Source of the DNA: an uncultured cyanobacterium
GTDB lineage: Bacteria; Cyanobacteriota; Cyanobacteriia; Cyanobacteriales; Cyanobacteriaceae
Assembly (NCBI GenBank): GCA_963710605.1
Contig: CAVQBA010000002.1
Span: 128,001-192,000, forward strand
Length of the DNA stretch: 64,000 nt
Direction of reading: 5' to 3'
Position 1 is the first letter of the stretch. Each line of letters starts with the position of its first letter. The notes beneath the pieces are model-generated. The model saw only the letters and a program-made list of their open reading frames with translations. It ran no database searches and was not told the origin of the DNA. Below are positions 53,628 through 64,000 of the stretch, one piece after another. The position numbers and the translations under genes were made by a program.

Positions 53628-54392
53628 CTATTCATTAATAATCGGATTGCCAGTTTCTGGGCAAAGATGATAACTACCTTTTTTTAAACCATGTTTAACC
53701 GCAACTCTTTCATCAAAAACAAAACATTCACCTTCCCACAAACTTTCCTCTGTAGGCACTTGTTGTAAATACTTCAGTATTCCACCTTCTAGATGATAGA
53801 CATTTTTAAAACCTTTAGTTAACATCAAAGCCGTTACTTTTTCACAACGAATTCCCCCCGTACAAAAAACAGCTACTTTAGAATCTGTTTCAGGGTTAAG
53901 ATTTTCTTCTATATAATCATCAAATTGTCTAAACGAATTTATCTGCGGATTTTTTGCACCTTTAAATGTACCAATTTCTACCTCAAATTCATTGCGAGTA
54001 TCGATTAGTTTAACATCGGGTTGAGCAATTAAATCATTCCAATCTTCAGCCTTGATATAAGTGCCTACTTTTTGTTGATGAGGATAAGCATTTTCTTTGC
54101 CGAAGGTAATAATTTCTGGTTTAATTTTTACCTTCATTCTGGCAAAGGGTATTTTTTCGACTTCTGTGGATTTAATCTCTAACTCATCTATATATAATAG
54201 TGTTTTAATTTCGAGGATAATATCGTTTAACTGCTCTTTTTCACCAACTATATTCGCATTAATCCCTTCAGGTGCAATTAAAATAGTACCTTTAATTTTT
54301 CCTTCATCACACCAAAGTTGTAGTTGATTCTGTAAATTGGATAAATTATCTAAAGGTAAAAATTGATAAAAAGAAGCAAACACAAAATTCAT
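53628..54392 (-). CDS. trhO: Rhodanese-domain tRNA uridine(34) hydroxylase (UPF0176)
   Basis: GTILIAPEGIN, IDTRNEFEVEIGTF, FCTGGIRCEK, HLEGGILKY, CFVFDER. Confidence 0.88.
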   Translation of the reverse strand: MNFVFASFYQFLPLDNLSNLQNQLQLWCDEGKIKGTILIAPEGINANIVGEKEQLNDIILEIKTLLYIDELEIKSTEVEKIPFARMKVKIKPEIITFGKENAYPHQQKVGTYIKAEDWNDLIAQPDVKLIDTRNEFEVEIGTFKGAKNPQINSFRQFDDYIEENLNPETDSKVAVFCTGGIRCEKVTALMLTKGFKNVYHLEGGILKYLQQVPTEESLWEGECFVFDERVAVKHGLKKGSYHLCPETGNPIINE

Positions 54393-54504
54393 TTTTACTA
54401 GCGACAATATATTTAGTTGAGATTAGATTTATTATCATAACTGGTGACGTAGTTTCGATACAATTAATTTAGTAATCAAAATTAATATTATATTCAATTT
54501 TTGT

Positions 54505-54960
54505 ATGGCAAGTTTAAAAGTAGGCGATCGTATTCCTGATATTACATTACCTTCAGCGACAGGAGAAAACATCAGACTTAGAGATTTTGAAGGAGAAAAA
54601 GCAGTGGTAGTTTATTTTTATCCTAAAGATGATACACCTGGATGTACGAAAGAATCCTGTGCTTTTCGTGATAATTACAGTATGTTTACTGAAGTAGGTG
54701 CAGAAGTCATTGGTATTAGTAGTGACTCTGAAAAATCTCACCAAGAATTTGCTAGTAAATATGACTTACCTTTTACCTTGCTAAGTGACACCAATCAAAA
54801 AGCGAGAAAAGCTTTTGGTGTACCTAACGCATTATTTGTTTTACCGGGTAGAGTCACTTATGTTATCGACAAACAAGGCATTGTCAAACATATTTATGAC
54901 TCTATGTTAGATTTTAACGCTCATGTTCAAGAGTCTTTACAGGTTATTCAAGCATTATAA
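54505..54960 (+). CDS. bcp: Peroxiredoxin Q/BCP
   Basis: YFYPKDDTPGCTKESCAFRD. Confidence 0.92.
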   Translation: MASLKVGDRIPDITLPSATGENIRLRDFEGEKAVVVYFYPKDDTPGCTKESCAFRDNYSMFTEVGAEVIGISSDSEKSHQEFASKYDLPFTLLSDTNQKARKAFGVPNALFVLPGRVTYVIDKQGIVKHIYDSMLDFNAHVQESLQVIQAL

Positions 54961-55638
54961 ATATATATAATATAGAGTAACTGATAATATCTTGGCACTT
55001 ATAAACTAGTTAAAGAGTCGCTGAGGTATTATCGATCGATATTTTAAAACAAACAGTTATCGACACTAACCATAATCCAAAATAATAAAGATAAAATAAT
55101 CATTGATGATTTCGAGATTAATCGCTTCAATCGAAAAGATTATCAATAATAAATTCATTATCTCAAACCTTAAGTTCAATATTTGTGCAATAAAGAATAA
55201 AGTACGATCGATAGTTATATAGTAGTACCCTTCAAACACCACAAATTAGTAAACGTTTACTAATACTTTTTTATAAATCGATGTTGTCTGAATATTAATT
55301 TATATTAATAATCTCTTAACTTAAGATTAAAATTACGCTTCAAAAATAATCTCCATGTATTTATTTACGTAATTATACTGATAGTTTATTGAAACTTAAA
55401 CAAATAAAGTAGTGAATTTAACAAAAAAGTCGTATTTGGCAAAATAATTTAATCAAAACTTTATTGAAATTACGTGCAAAAAGTTATTTTTATACTTATA
55501 CTAACTAAGTATTGAAGGTAAATTTATCTAAGTAAATAGTCGTAAGAATTATTAATTAAGACTCAGACTTACTTAAGTAAAACTTTTATCAGCTCTAGCT
55601 AATTATTTTAAATCATATATATAAAGGAATTATTAATT

Positions 55639-58600
55639 GTGTCTAACTCACTTAACACAGCATTACCAGAAACTCTTACTTTTTCAGTTATTTACGACGG
55701 AGGAACAGAGCCAGATTCTAGTTATTTTGACGCTACAATTTATGATGTTGTTGGCGATAGCGTTTTTGACGGCTCAGTTTTTGATGCCTATTGTATCGAT
55801 GCAGACAGAGTTATTGGTTTAGGTAATTCTAGACGATTTGTTGGACAAGTATATTCTAGTTATGAAACTTTACCTGCAAACTTCACTCAAGGAACTTATT
55901 TAGAAAACCCTCAAAATTTAGATTTAGTTAATTGGATTATTAACCAAGGATTCATTGGTAAAACATCTTCAGATAATGGTAAAGTATTTAGTTCTAGTGA
56001 TGTACAAATAGCGATCTGGACATTACTTGATGATAATATTGGCACAGGAGGTCTCGGTCGTGAAGGTGGTGCATGGACTCAAGCTAGAGTTGATGAAATT
56101 GTACAATTAGCTCAAGCTAATGGCGAAGGTTTTGTACCTAGCTATGAATATACTACTTATTTTGGTGAGCAAGTAACAGGTAAATTAGGTATGATAATAC
56201 TTCCTAGAGTTGATAGTGAAGGTTTACCTACCAAACAAACAATTATACGTTCCTATTGAATTAGCACAATTAGGCGATCGAGTTTGGTTTGATACAGATG
56301 CTGACGGAATCCAAGATGCAGGAGAAGATGGAATATCAGGAGTAGAAGTTAGCCTTTTAGCTGATATTAATGGTGATGGTAACATTGACGCTTCAGAAGT
56401 AATAGAAACCACTACCACCGATGCTGACGGAAACTACGATTTTGAAGTAGTACCCGGAGAATATAGAGTTGCATTCGATCAGCCTGAAGGATTCGGTGTT
56501 AGCCCAGTCGATGCAGGTGGTGATGATACAGTTGATAGTGACGGATTAATCTCTGATGTTGTCACTCTCAGCCCCGGAGAATTCAATCCAACGATCGATT
56601 CAGGATTTTACGAGTTAGCATCATTAGGAGATTTTGTTTGGCACGACTTAAACGCTGATGGTATTCAAAACGATAACGAACCAGGAATTGCTAACGCAGA
56701 AGTTCAATTAATTAATCCTGCTACAGGGGATATAATCGCAACAACCACAACAGATGCAGATGGCTTGTACAACTTTGATAATCTAGAACCAGGTGATTAT
56801 AAGGTGAAGTTTATCACTCCTAATGGTTTTACCGAAAATAGTCCAGCAGATCAAGGTGGTGACGATGCGATCGATAGTGATGGCATGATGGTAACAACCA
56901 ACTTATCAGTAGGTGAAAATGACCTCACATTAGATTCAGGTTTTTATAACTTAGCATCCTTAGGAGACTATGTTTTTATTGATAACAATGGTGACGGAGT
57001 CCAAAATGCAGGAGACAGTGCGATCGGTGGAGTTACTGTAGAATTACTTCAAGATGGTTCAGTAATTGGTACGACTACCACTAACTCAGATGGTAGTTAC
57101 TTATTTGATGGTTTAACCCCTGGAGATTACCAAGTAAAATTTACTGCTCCCCAAAATTACAATTTCACAACAGCGAATGTAGGTGATGATAGTTTAGATA
57201 GTGATGCGGATGCTACTACAGGTTTGACTTCTGTTGTCACTTTAACTAGTGGTGAATTCAACTCAACATTAGATGCGGGCTTAGTTGAGAATGCACCCGC
57301 TCCTATTGAAGAAATTGACATTGAAAAATTTGTCAACGGTATTGATGTCACTAATATTAATAATCTTCCTAGTATAGTTGCAGGTGAAGACGTTACTTTC
57401 ACTTATACCGTTAAAAATACAGGTAATGTTGATTTTGCTTTTAATGAGGTGATTGTTGTTGATGATAACGGTACACCATTAGATACTAGTGATGATTTTA
57501 CTCCTACTTTGGTTGCTTCTTCTGATGATGGTGCTGATGGTATTCTTAGTGCAGATGAAACTTGGTTATATACTTCTACTACCCAAGCGGCTCAAGATTT
57601 AGCTACTACCGTTAGTCAAGATGTTTCATTTACTTTTAATGGTAATAGTTCTTCTGCTAACGTTTTTGGTAACGATCGTACCTTTACAAGTGATGGTGTT
57701 ACCGTTGATGTTTCAGCTTTTAGTTTTAATAGTAGTAAAGGTTGGCAAAATGCTTTTGTTGGTGATTACAGCGGCGGTTTAGGTGTTATCAATCGTAATA
57801 GCGATTCTGATCATCGTATTGATAATACTGGTAGTCTTGATTTTCTGGTTTTTGAATTTGATAATGATGTCGTAGTCGATAAAGCATTCCTCAAATATGT
57901 CGGAAGTGATAGTGATATCTCTTTCTGGATTGGCGATCGCAATGGTGATATCTCTCACCTTAACAATAATATTCTCAACGGCTTTACTGAAGGTCAAAAT
58001 TGGGGTGGAAGTAACGATCGTTGGGCAAACATTAACAATAATGAATTGAGCGGTAACACATTTATCATCTCTGCACATGAGCATGGTACTAATGATTCAT
58101 TCAAACTTAATAAACTCGATATCTCGAAAATAACTACTTCTGGTGATAGTAGTTATGTTAATACTGCTACTGTTGAAGCAGGTTCAGCAATTGATAGTGA
58201 TGCAAGTGGTTATATTAACGAAGTTGCTAATCCTGGTATTAATTTAGAAAAATTCACCAATGGTTTTGATGTTACCGACGCTAACAATCTTCCTACGATC
58301 GCCGTTGGTGCAGATGTAACCTTTACTTATACTGTCGAAAATACAGGTAACGTTAGTTTTGCATTATCTGATGTCGATCTAGTTGATGATAACGGCACAC
58401 CAGATAATGCTCACGATGATTTTGCTCCGACTTTAGATGCTTCATCTGATATTAACTCAGATGGTATTCTTAGCCCTGGTGAAACATGGACATATTCCTC
58501 AGCTACCGAAGCCGCTCAAGAATTAACTGTTACCACTAAAGAAGATGTCTGGTTTACATTTAATGGTCACAGCTCATCATCTTATACTTATGGTAACGAG

Positions 58601-59152
58601 CGTAGCTTTACAAGTGGTGAGGTAAGTGTTGATGTTACAGCTTTTAGTTCTAATAGTCATGGAAATGATTGGAAAACTGCTTATGTTGGTGATTATAGTG
58701 GTGGTTTAGGTGTTATTAATCGTCACGAAGATAGCTCTCTTCACCGTACAGATAACAGTGGTAGTGTTGATTATCTCTTATTCCAATTTGATAGTGAAGT
58801 TGCTGTAGATAAAGCATTACTCAAATATGTTGGAAGCGATAGCGATATTTCTTACTGGATTGGCGATCGTAATGGTGACATCACTAACTTAGATGATAGT
58901 ATTCTTGATGGCTTTAGTGAAGGTCAAAGCTGGGGTGGAAGTCACGATCGTTGGGCTAATATTAATAATAATGAATTAACTGGTGATACCTTAGTTATTT
59001 CGGCAATGAGAGGCGGTAGCAATGATTCATTCAAACTAAACAAACTTGGTGTTGATGCTTTCACTACTACTAGTACCGATTATGTCAATATAGCCACTGT
59101 TGATACTGGATTAGTTAGCGATACTGATTTTAGTGGTTATATTAATGCTTAA
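55639..59152 (+). CDS. Large surface protein: thioester-like N-terminal domain, three SdrD B-like repeats, two tandem Ig-like C-terminal modules; frameshift near 56247
   Basis: YCID and VQIAIW motifs; LGDRVWFD / LGDFVWHD / LGDYVFID repeats; two IEKFxNG...TFTYTVxNTGNV modules; removing one base joins both ORFs (1170 aa). Confidence 0.8.
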
Positions 59153-59202
59153 AATAGTTAAAAGTTGAGAGTTAAAAATTAATTATTCATTGTATTTTGT
59201 GC

Positions 59203-60087
59203 TTAATTTTCTATTGATTCTGGGGGAGTAAATTGTCTTTGCTCTCCTTTGTCATTAAGTTCTACAATTGCTAAAAAGAGAGATACACTAATAATGATGA
59301 ATATACCTATAGTAAACAAATTGGTTGTTACTTTTTGAGAAATCTGTTTTCTACTTTTTCGCTTTACTCTACTTTTATTTCGAGAGTTAGAAACAATCTT
59401 TTTTTCTTCTAATTCAAATTTAACTTTTATTGGTCGATTGCATACTTTACTAAATGCTTGTTCAAAATCAACTTTTTTTTCATTCAAACTAGATAAAAGA
59501 TGATAATTTTTACATTCTAAAACTGCAATATCATCAATTATATGAACTAACTTTAAACCCTGACGAGAATATTGAATTGATACCAAAGACTCTAAATTAT
59601 CAATCACTTGTCGTAAAGTATCATTTAAACGATCGGCTTTCAAATCACCAAACATATCAAAATCGCTTTTCGCCCTTAATTCAAAACCCTGTTTTTCCAA
59701 CGCTATACCTCGATAAAAATAAGCATTCTCAAAATCATCATCCATTTTAATTGCCTGAGAAAAATGATTAACTGCTTCATGCCAATCTTCTTTTTCAGCG
59801 GCTTCTACACCTAACTCATAAAAATAAGTAGCATCTATACTATAAGTTGTGTATCCTTCATCTTGCTTTGATATAGGCTGATTGTCTGGGATACTTTTTA
59901 AAAGGGCATGATAGGCATTAGTAATATTAACAAATTTTTGTTGAGCTATTTTTTGCTCTTTTTGATTACCTGTATGATGATCAGGATGCCATTTTTTAGC
60001 TAATTGTCGATATGCTTTTTTAACTTCTTCTTTGGTGGGATTATCATTTAATTCCAGTACTTGATAATATTGCTCTAAGTTTTTCAT
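59203..60087 (-). CDS. DnaJ-domain protein with TPR and C-terminal TM
   Basis: AYRQLAKKWHPD; AYFYRGIAL; hydrophobic C-terminus. Confidence 0.85.
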   Translation of the reverse strand: MKNLEQYYQVLELNDNPTKEEVKKAYRQLAKKWHPDHHTGNQKEQKIAQQKFVNITNAYHALLKSIPDNQPISKQDEGYTTYSIDATYFYELGVEAAEKEDWHEAVNHFSQAIKMDDDFENAYFYRGIALEKQGFELRAKSDFDMFGDLKADRLNDTLRQVIDNLESLVSIQYSRQGLKLVHIIDDIAVLECKNYHLLSSLNEKKVDFEQAFSKVCNRPIKVKFELEEKKIVSNSRNKSRVKRKSRKQISQKVTTNLFTIGIFIIISVSLFLAIVELNDKGEQRQFTPPESIEN

Positions 60088-60342
60088 TGGGGGTAAAATA
60101 ATAGGAAATTAACAAATTTAATCTCGATGAAATATATAACTGATTAAATAGTCCAACAAATTGTAGATTTAATTTTAATTGATATTGGTTTATTTGATAG
60201 TTTAATATAACAGTTGAATCAATATAAATCATCAAACTAAACTAGATGATGAATAATTATTTACGATCGCTTCAGGAATTGACTATTATTGATATTATTA
60301 ATAAAGATTAATTTGTGCTAGGCACTATAGGAGTAAAATAAC

Positions 60343-60996
60343 TTGCAGATTGAAGATTTAATTGAAATTGGTACGATCGTAGCACCTCAAGGATTAAAAG
60401 GAGAAGTTAAGGTTAAAACTAGTTCAGATTTTCCTGAACGTTTTGAGCAAGCAGGAATTAGATGGTTACAAACTCAGTCTCATCAATCACCGATTGAAAT
60501 TGAATTAATTCGTGGAAAACAAATACCGGGTAAGAATGTTTTTGTGGTTAAATTATCGGGTATAGACGATCGTAATCAATCTGAAAGTTTAAGGGGTAGT
60601 AAGTTATTTATCTCTAAAAACGATCGACCTTATTTAGAAGAAGAAGAATATCATGTCGCTGATTTAATTGGGTTAGAAGTATATCATCAACAAACAGAAG
60701 AAAACATTGGCTTTATTTGTAATGTATTCACCGCAGGTAACGATATTTTAGAAGTAGAATTACATAAGCAACCTTTACCAGAAGAAAAGGAAATTGAAGT
60801 TGATGTAAGTAAAATAAATAGACTTTCTAAAAGACGTAAAATAATCAGAAAAAACAAACGTAAGAATAAACCCGTTACTGTTTTAATCCCTTTTGTTAAA
60901 GAAATAGTACCTATTGTTGATTTACAGAAAAAAATAATTAAAATAAATCCTCCTTCTGGTTTACTAAACTTAGATTTAGCTGAAGAATCAAGATGA
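60343..60996 (+). CDS. rimM: Ribosome maturation factor RimM
   Basis: IGTIVAPQGLKGEVKV, EYHVADLIG, LIPFVKEIVP. Confidence 0.92.
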   Translation: MQIEDLIEIGTIVAPQGLKGEVKVKTSSDFPERFEQAGIRWLQTQSHQSPIEIELIRGKQIPGKNVFVVKLSGIDDRNQSESLRGSKLFISKNDRPYLEEEEYHVADLIGLEVYHQQTEENIGFICNVFTAGNDILEVELHKQPLPEEKEIEVDVSKINRLSKRRKIIRKNKRKNKPVTVLIPFVKEIVPIVDLQKKIIKINPPSGLLNLDLAEESR

Positions 60997-61360
60997 TTAG
61001 ATAATTAAAAATGAAGAGCTATATTTTAAAATCAATCAATCATAAAATTTTGCTTATTTTGTAGATGAATCGATTCAATTGTCGTTAATCTATTAAATGA
61101 ATTTAACTTTACACAAATTTTTTTCGATAATATTTGCTTTGCTTACTTTGATAATTAATTTTGTTCTTCTGCGAATAAGTGATTTAAGATTCGTTTATTT
61201 TCAGTTTGTAACCCTTTAATCTCAGACTGCCTATTTTTCATAATTGTAATACTTTGGTTAAACATTTTACTTAAAAAAGTCATTTGTTTGGTCAATCGAT
61301 CGATTTTTTGTATATTCTGGTGAATTTACTTTATATTGTTAAGAGTATTTTTAGCACAAG

Positions 61361-61494
61361 TAAGTAGCCCCAATTAATTAAACGTCAAAAAGCTTATGTT
61401 CGTAGCCGCCATCGCTTAAGCCCTTATCTTAATAGTTTTTTAGACCCCTAAAAGGGTAACTATAAACTTTTTTTTATTTAGGTTGAGCTACTTA
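61361..61494. mobile_element. 134-bp MITE-like element
   Basis: Left end TAAGTAGCCCCAATTAATTAAA; right end reverse complement TAAGTAGCTCAACCTAAATAAA. Confidence 0.6.
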
Positions 61495-61595
61495 TCAAGT
61501 AATATTTTAATTTGTTTTAATCTTTCTTCTGAGATGGTTTGGTTATTGTTTTAAACGATCTTTTTTTCAAAGATATAGAAATAGTCTAAAATTAC

Positions 61596-62369
61596 TCAAA
61601 TCTCTATTTGTTCAATATTATCAAAAGAAGTTAAACCTATATTTTGAGGTGACGATTTTTCTTTTTGCTGATTAAAATGATGACGATAGTGACATTGCTC
61701 ACACTTATCATGATGAGGAAAATTAATCTTTTGTAGATAAAAATTAGTAATTAAATCTTCAAATTTATGCAAAATATCAGCTAAATCTTGTTTAATTTGT
61801 TGATGAAATAAATTACTATACTGTATCGAATATTTTTCAATTTTTTCGGCTGAGGAGATAAACCAGTAATCAAAGAATATTTGCTCAGGTAAATAATTAA
61901 ATTTTTCGGCTAATACATATAAATATAACTTCGTTTGCCAGTTACCAAGTATTTTATCTTTTTGTTCGGGTTGACGATAAGTTTTCCAATCAATAATAGT
62001 CGCTTGATTTGGTGATAAAACTAACAAATCATAAATAACAGTAAACATATAATTATTCCAAGTATAATTAACTTGATATTCTGCTTCTCTAAATTTAATT
62101 TCTGATGAAAACCAGATATTTTGAGTTTGATTAATTAATGCTGTTACTTGTTTAATTAGTTCGGGATTATTAGGGGCAAAATTATCAATTTCTAAACCTA
62201 AATTATACTGTTGCATTAGTAAGTGAAATGATTTACCCCACTGTGTTTTTTCTTGATATTCAAGATTATGAGGCTCAATTACTTTTTGGAAATAAACTTT
62301 TTCAAAATAAGGTGGACATATTTGCAGTAAATTTAAATCACTTTGAGATAAATGATAGTAATTAGTCAT
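61596..62369 (-). CDS. PD-(D/E)XK nuclease family protein
   Basis: LSQSDLNLLQICP, WGKSFH, YDLL...IIDWKT, QTKLY, CEQCHY. Confidence 0.82.
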   Translation of the reverse strand: MTNYYHLSQSDLNLLQICPPYFEKVYFQKVIEPHNLEYQEKTQWGKSFHLLMQQYNLGLEIDNFAPNNPELIKQVTALINQTQNIWFSSEIKFREAEYQVNYTWNNYMFTVIYDLLVLSPNQATIIDWKTYRQPEQKDKILGNWQTKLYLYVLAEKFNYLPEQIFFDYWFISSAEKIEKYSIQYSNLFHQQIKQDLADILHKFEDLITNFYLQKINFPHHDKCEQCHYRHHFNQQKEKSSPQNIGLTSFDNIEQIEI

Positions 62370-62495
62370 GACACGATTTTAGCTCAAATTTTTAAGCAAT
62401 ATTTTTAATTATCATCATCTCTAATTTTAAATTACCACCGATTCAGATTAGAATAATAATACTCAATCAATTGTTGAATAAGTAATCTTTAACCC

Positions 62496-63191
62496 ATGTC
62501 TGAAGTTGAAAAAATATTATTAGTAGATGACGAGCCCGGTATTCGTGAATCTGTGCAAGCATATCTTAGTTGTAATGAAAATTGGCAAGTAGAAGTAGCT
62601 GTTAATGTTGCTCAAGCATGGGAAAAGATACAAAAAGAAATACCTGATTTGATTGTGTCTGATATTATGATGCCTGAGGTTGATGGCTTAGAATTTTTGG
62701 CTCAACTTAGAGCGGATACTCGTTATCAAAGTTTGCCTGTTGTTTTATTGACTGCTAAAGGGATGACAACCGATCGAATTGAAGGATATACCGCAGGATG
62801 TGATGCTTATTTACCCAAACCATTCGACCCAGACGAGTTAGAAGCGATCGTTAAAAATCTTCTTGACAGACAAAAAACATTACAAGACAGTCAAGACGGT
62901 AATACTCAACTAGACGAATTACTAAAAGATGTTAAAGATATTAAAGACAAATTAGAAAATAATAACACATTCACTAAAAGTCAACCGACTGTAAAAATCG
63001 ATTTGACTCCAAGAGAGCAAAGTGTGTTAGATTTAGTCGCTAAAGGATTAATGAATAAAGAAATCGCTAAGACATTAAATACTAGTATCCGTAATGTGGA
63101 AAAATACGTCAGCCGTCTGTTTAATAAAACAGGTACTAATAGTCGTACTGAGTTAGTCAGATTTGCCCTAAAACAAGGTTTGACAGATTAA
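62496..63191 (+). CDS. rre1: NarL-family response regulator (Rre1/Ycf29-like)
   Basis: LLVDDEP, SDIMMP, LPKPFDP, LTPREQSVL, RNVEKYVSRLFNKTGTNSRTELVRFAL. Confidence 0.85.
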   Translation: MSEVEKILLVDDEPGIRESVQAYLSCNENWQVEVAVNVAQAWEKIQKEIPDLIVSDIMMPEVDGLEFLAQLRADTRYQSLPVVLLTAKGMTTDRIEGYTAGCDAYLPKPFDPDELEAIVKNLLDRQKTLQDSQDGNTQLDELLKDVKDIKDKLENNNTFTKSQPTVKIDLTPREQSVLDLVAKGLMNKEIAKTLNTSIRNVEKYVSRLFNKTGTNSRTELVRFALKQGLTD

Positions 63192-63409
63192 AATCTTTAA
63201 ATACCTATAAATGATACTTAATCGTGATCAATGTTGGGTTTCGTTTTCTTTACCCAACTGACTAGCAATAACAAATTTTTCCTGAAATCCACACTTTGAG
63301 GTAATTATTTTCGGTTTCTTATTTTCGCTTCTGTATAAATTTTCCCCGTTAAACCTTAGGAAGACGAATTAACTCAACAATTTTGCTGTAATTTCAAGTT
63401 GAATTAGAC

Positions 63410-64000
63410 TTATTCATCTACGATTTTACCATCAGAAAACAAAATAATTCGATTAGTTTGATCTCCTACTTCTTGTTCGTGAGTGACCAAAATAATTGTC
63501 ATTTTTTCTTCTTGATTAAGTTGCCTAAAGATTGCCATTACCTCGAGAGTCGTTTGGGAATCTAACGCTCCTGTTGGTTCATCAGCTAATAAAATCAGGG
63601 GTTGGTTAACGATCGATCGTGCGATCGCAACCCGTTGTTGTTGTCCACCAGAAAGCTGATTCGGTTTATTACCCAAACGATTACCCAAGCCAACTTTAGT
63701 CAAGGCAACTTCTGCTTTTTCTTTTCTTTCTCGATCTGATACCCCCGCATAAACCATCGGTAACATCGTGTTTTCTAAAGCTGATAGTTGAGGTAAAAGA
63801 TGAAACTGTTGAAAAACAAAACCAATTTGCCGATTACGAATCGAAGCTAGTTGGTTTGCGGATAAACTAGCAACATTTTTACCATCTAAGTAATAACTAC
63901 CCACAGTAGGACGATCGAGACAACCAAGTATATTCATCATCGTTGATTTTCCTGAGCCAGAAGAACCCATAATGGCACAATACTCGCCCGTATCGATCGC
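63410..64000 (-). CDS. ABC transporter ATP-binding protein (LolD/MacB-like); 5' end beyond window
   Basis: [34 protein letters not shown]. Confidence 0.9.
   Translation of the reverse strand, partial: AIDTGEYCAIMGSSGSGKSTMMNILGCLDRPTVGSYYLDGKNVASLSANQLASIRNRQIGFVFQQFHLLPQLSALENTMLPMVYAGVSDRERKEKAEVALTKVGLGNRLGNKPNQLSGGQQQRVAIARSIVNQPLILLADEPTGALDSQTTLEVMAIFRQLNQEEKMTIILVTHEQEVGDQTNRIILFSDGKIVDE

Noticed and set aside
60780-60872. Basic insertion in RimM
   Set aside because: Variable charged loops at this position appear common in cyanobacterial RimM.
61035-61283. Possible minus-strand gene remnant
   Set aside because: Multiple stops and no recognisable motif.
61596-62369. Cas4 / CRISPR link for the PD-(D/E)XK nuclease
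   Set aside because: No array or other cas genes nearby; fits a stand-alone family.

Overview
AT-rich cyanobacterial chromosome segment, judged from ycf4, ndhF4/ndhD4, rre1 and abundant HIP1 GCGATCGC/CGATCG sites; a Cyanobacterium/Geminocystis-like origin is my inference. Most of the window is housekeeping genes (ycf4, cyclophilin, plsC, cdsA, nagA, hisA, dacB, rlmD, TldD, larB, ndhF4-ndhD4, trhO, bcp, rimM, rre1) separated by small repeats and MITE-like elements. The most unusual region is 7837-10475, a 2.6-kb cassette bounded by perfect 26-bp inverted repeats. It holds an intact pentapeptide-repeat gene (+) encoded codon-for-codon antisense inside the open frame of a collapsed large extracellular (Big_9/PKD-like) protein gene (-), plus a dead REP-associated tyrosine transposase. 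The pentapeptide gene avoids TTA/CTA/TCA completely, which points to selection on both strands. Other notable items: a CHAT protease-Macro-Gp157-like fusion, a thioester-motif SdrD-repeat surface protein, a full-length RecJ paralog lacking catalytic motifs, 24-26-nt HIP1-targeted insertions, a Yfr2-like sRNA with a consensus promoter, and several single-base frameshifts in conserved genes that are probably assembly errors. All product calls come from motif recognition by eye; no database searches were run.
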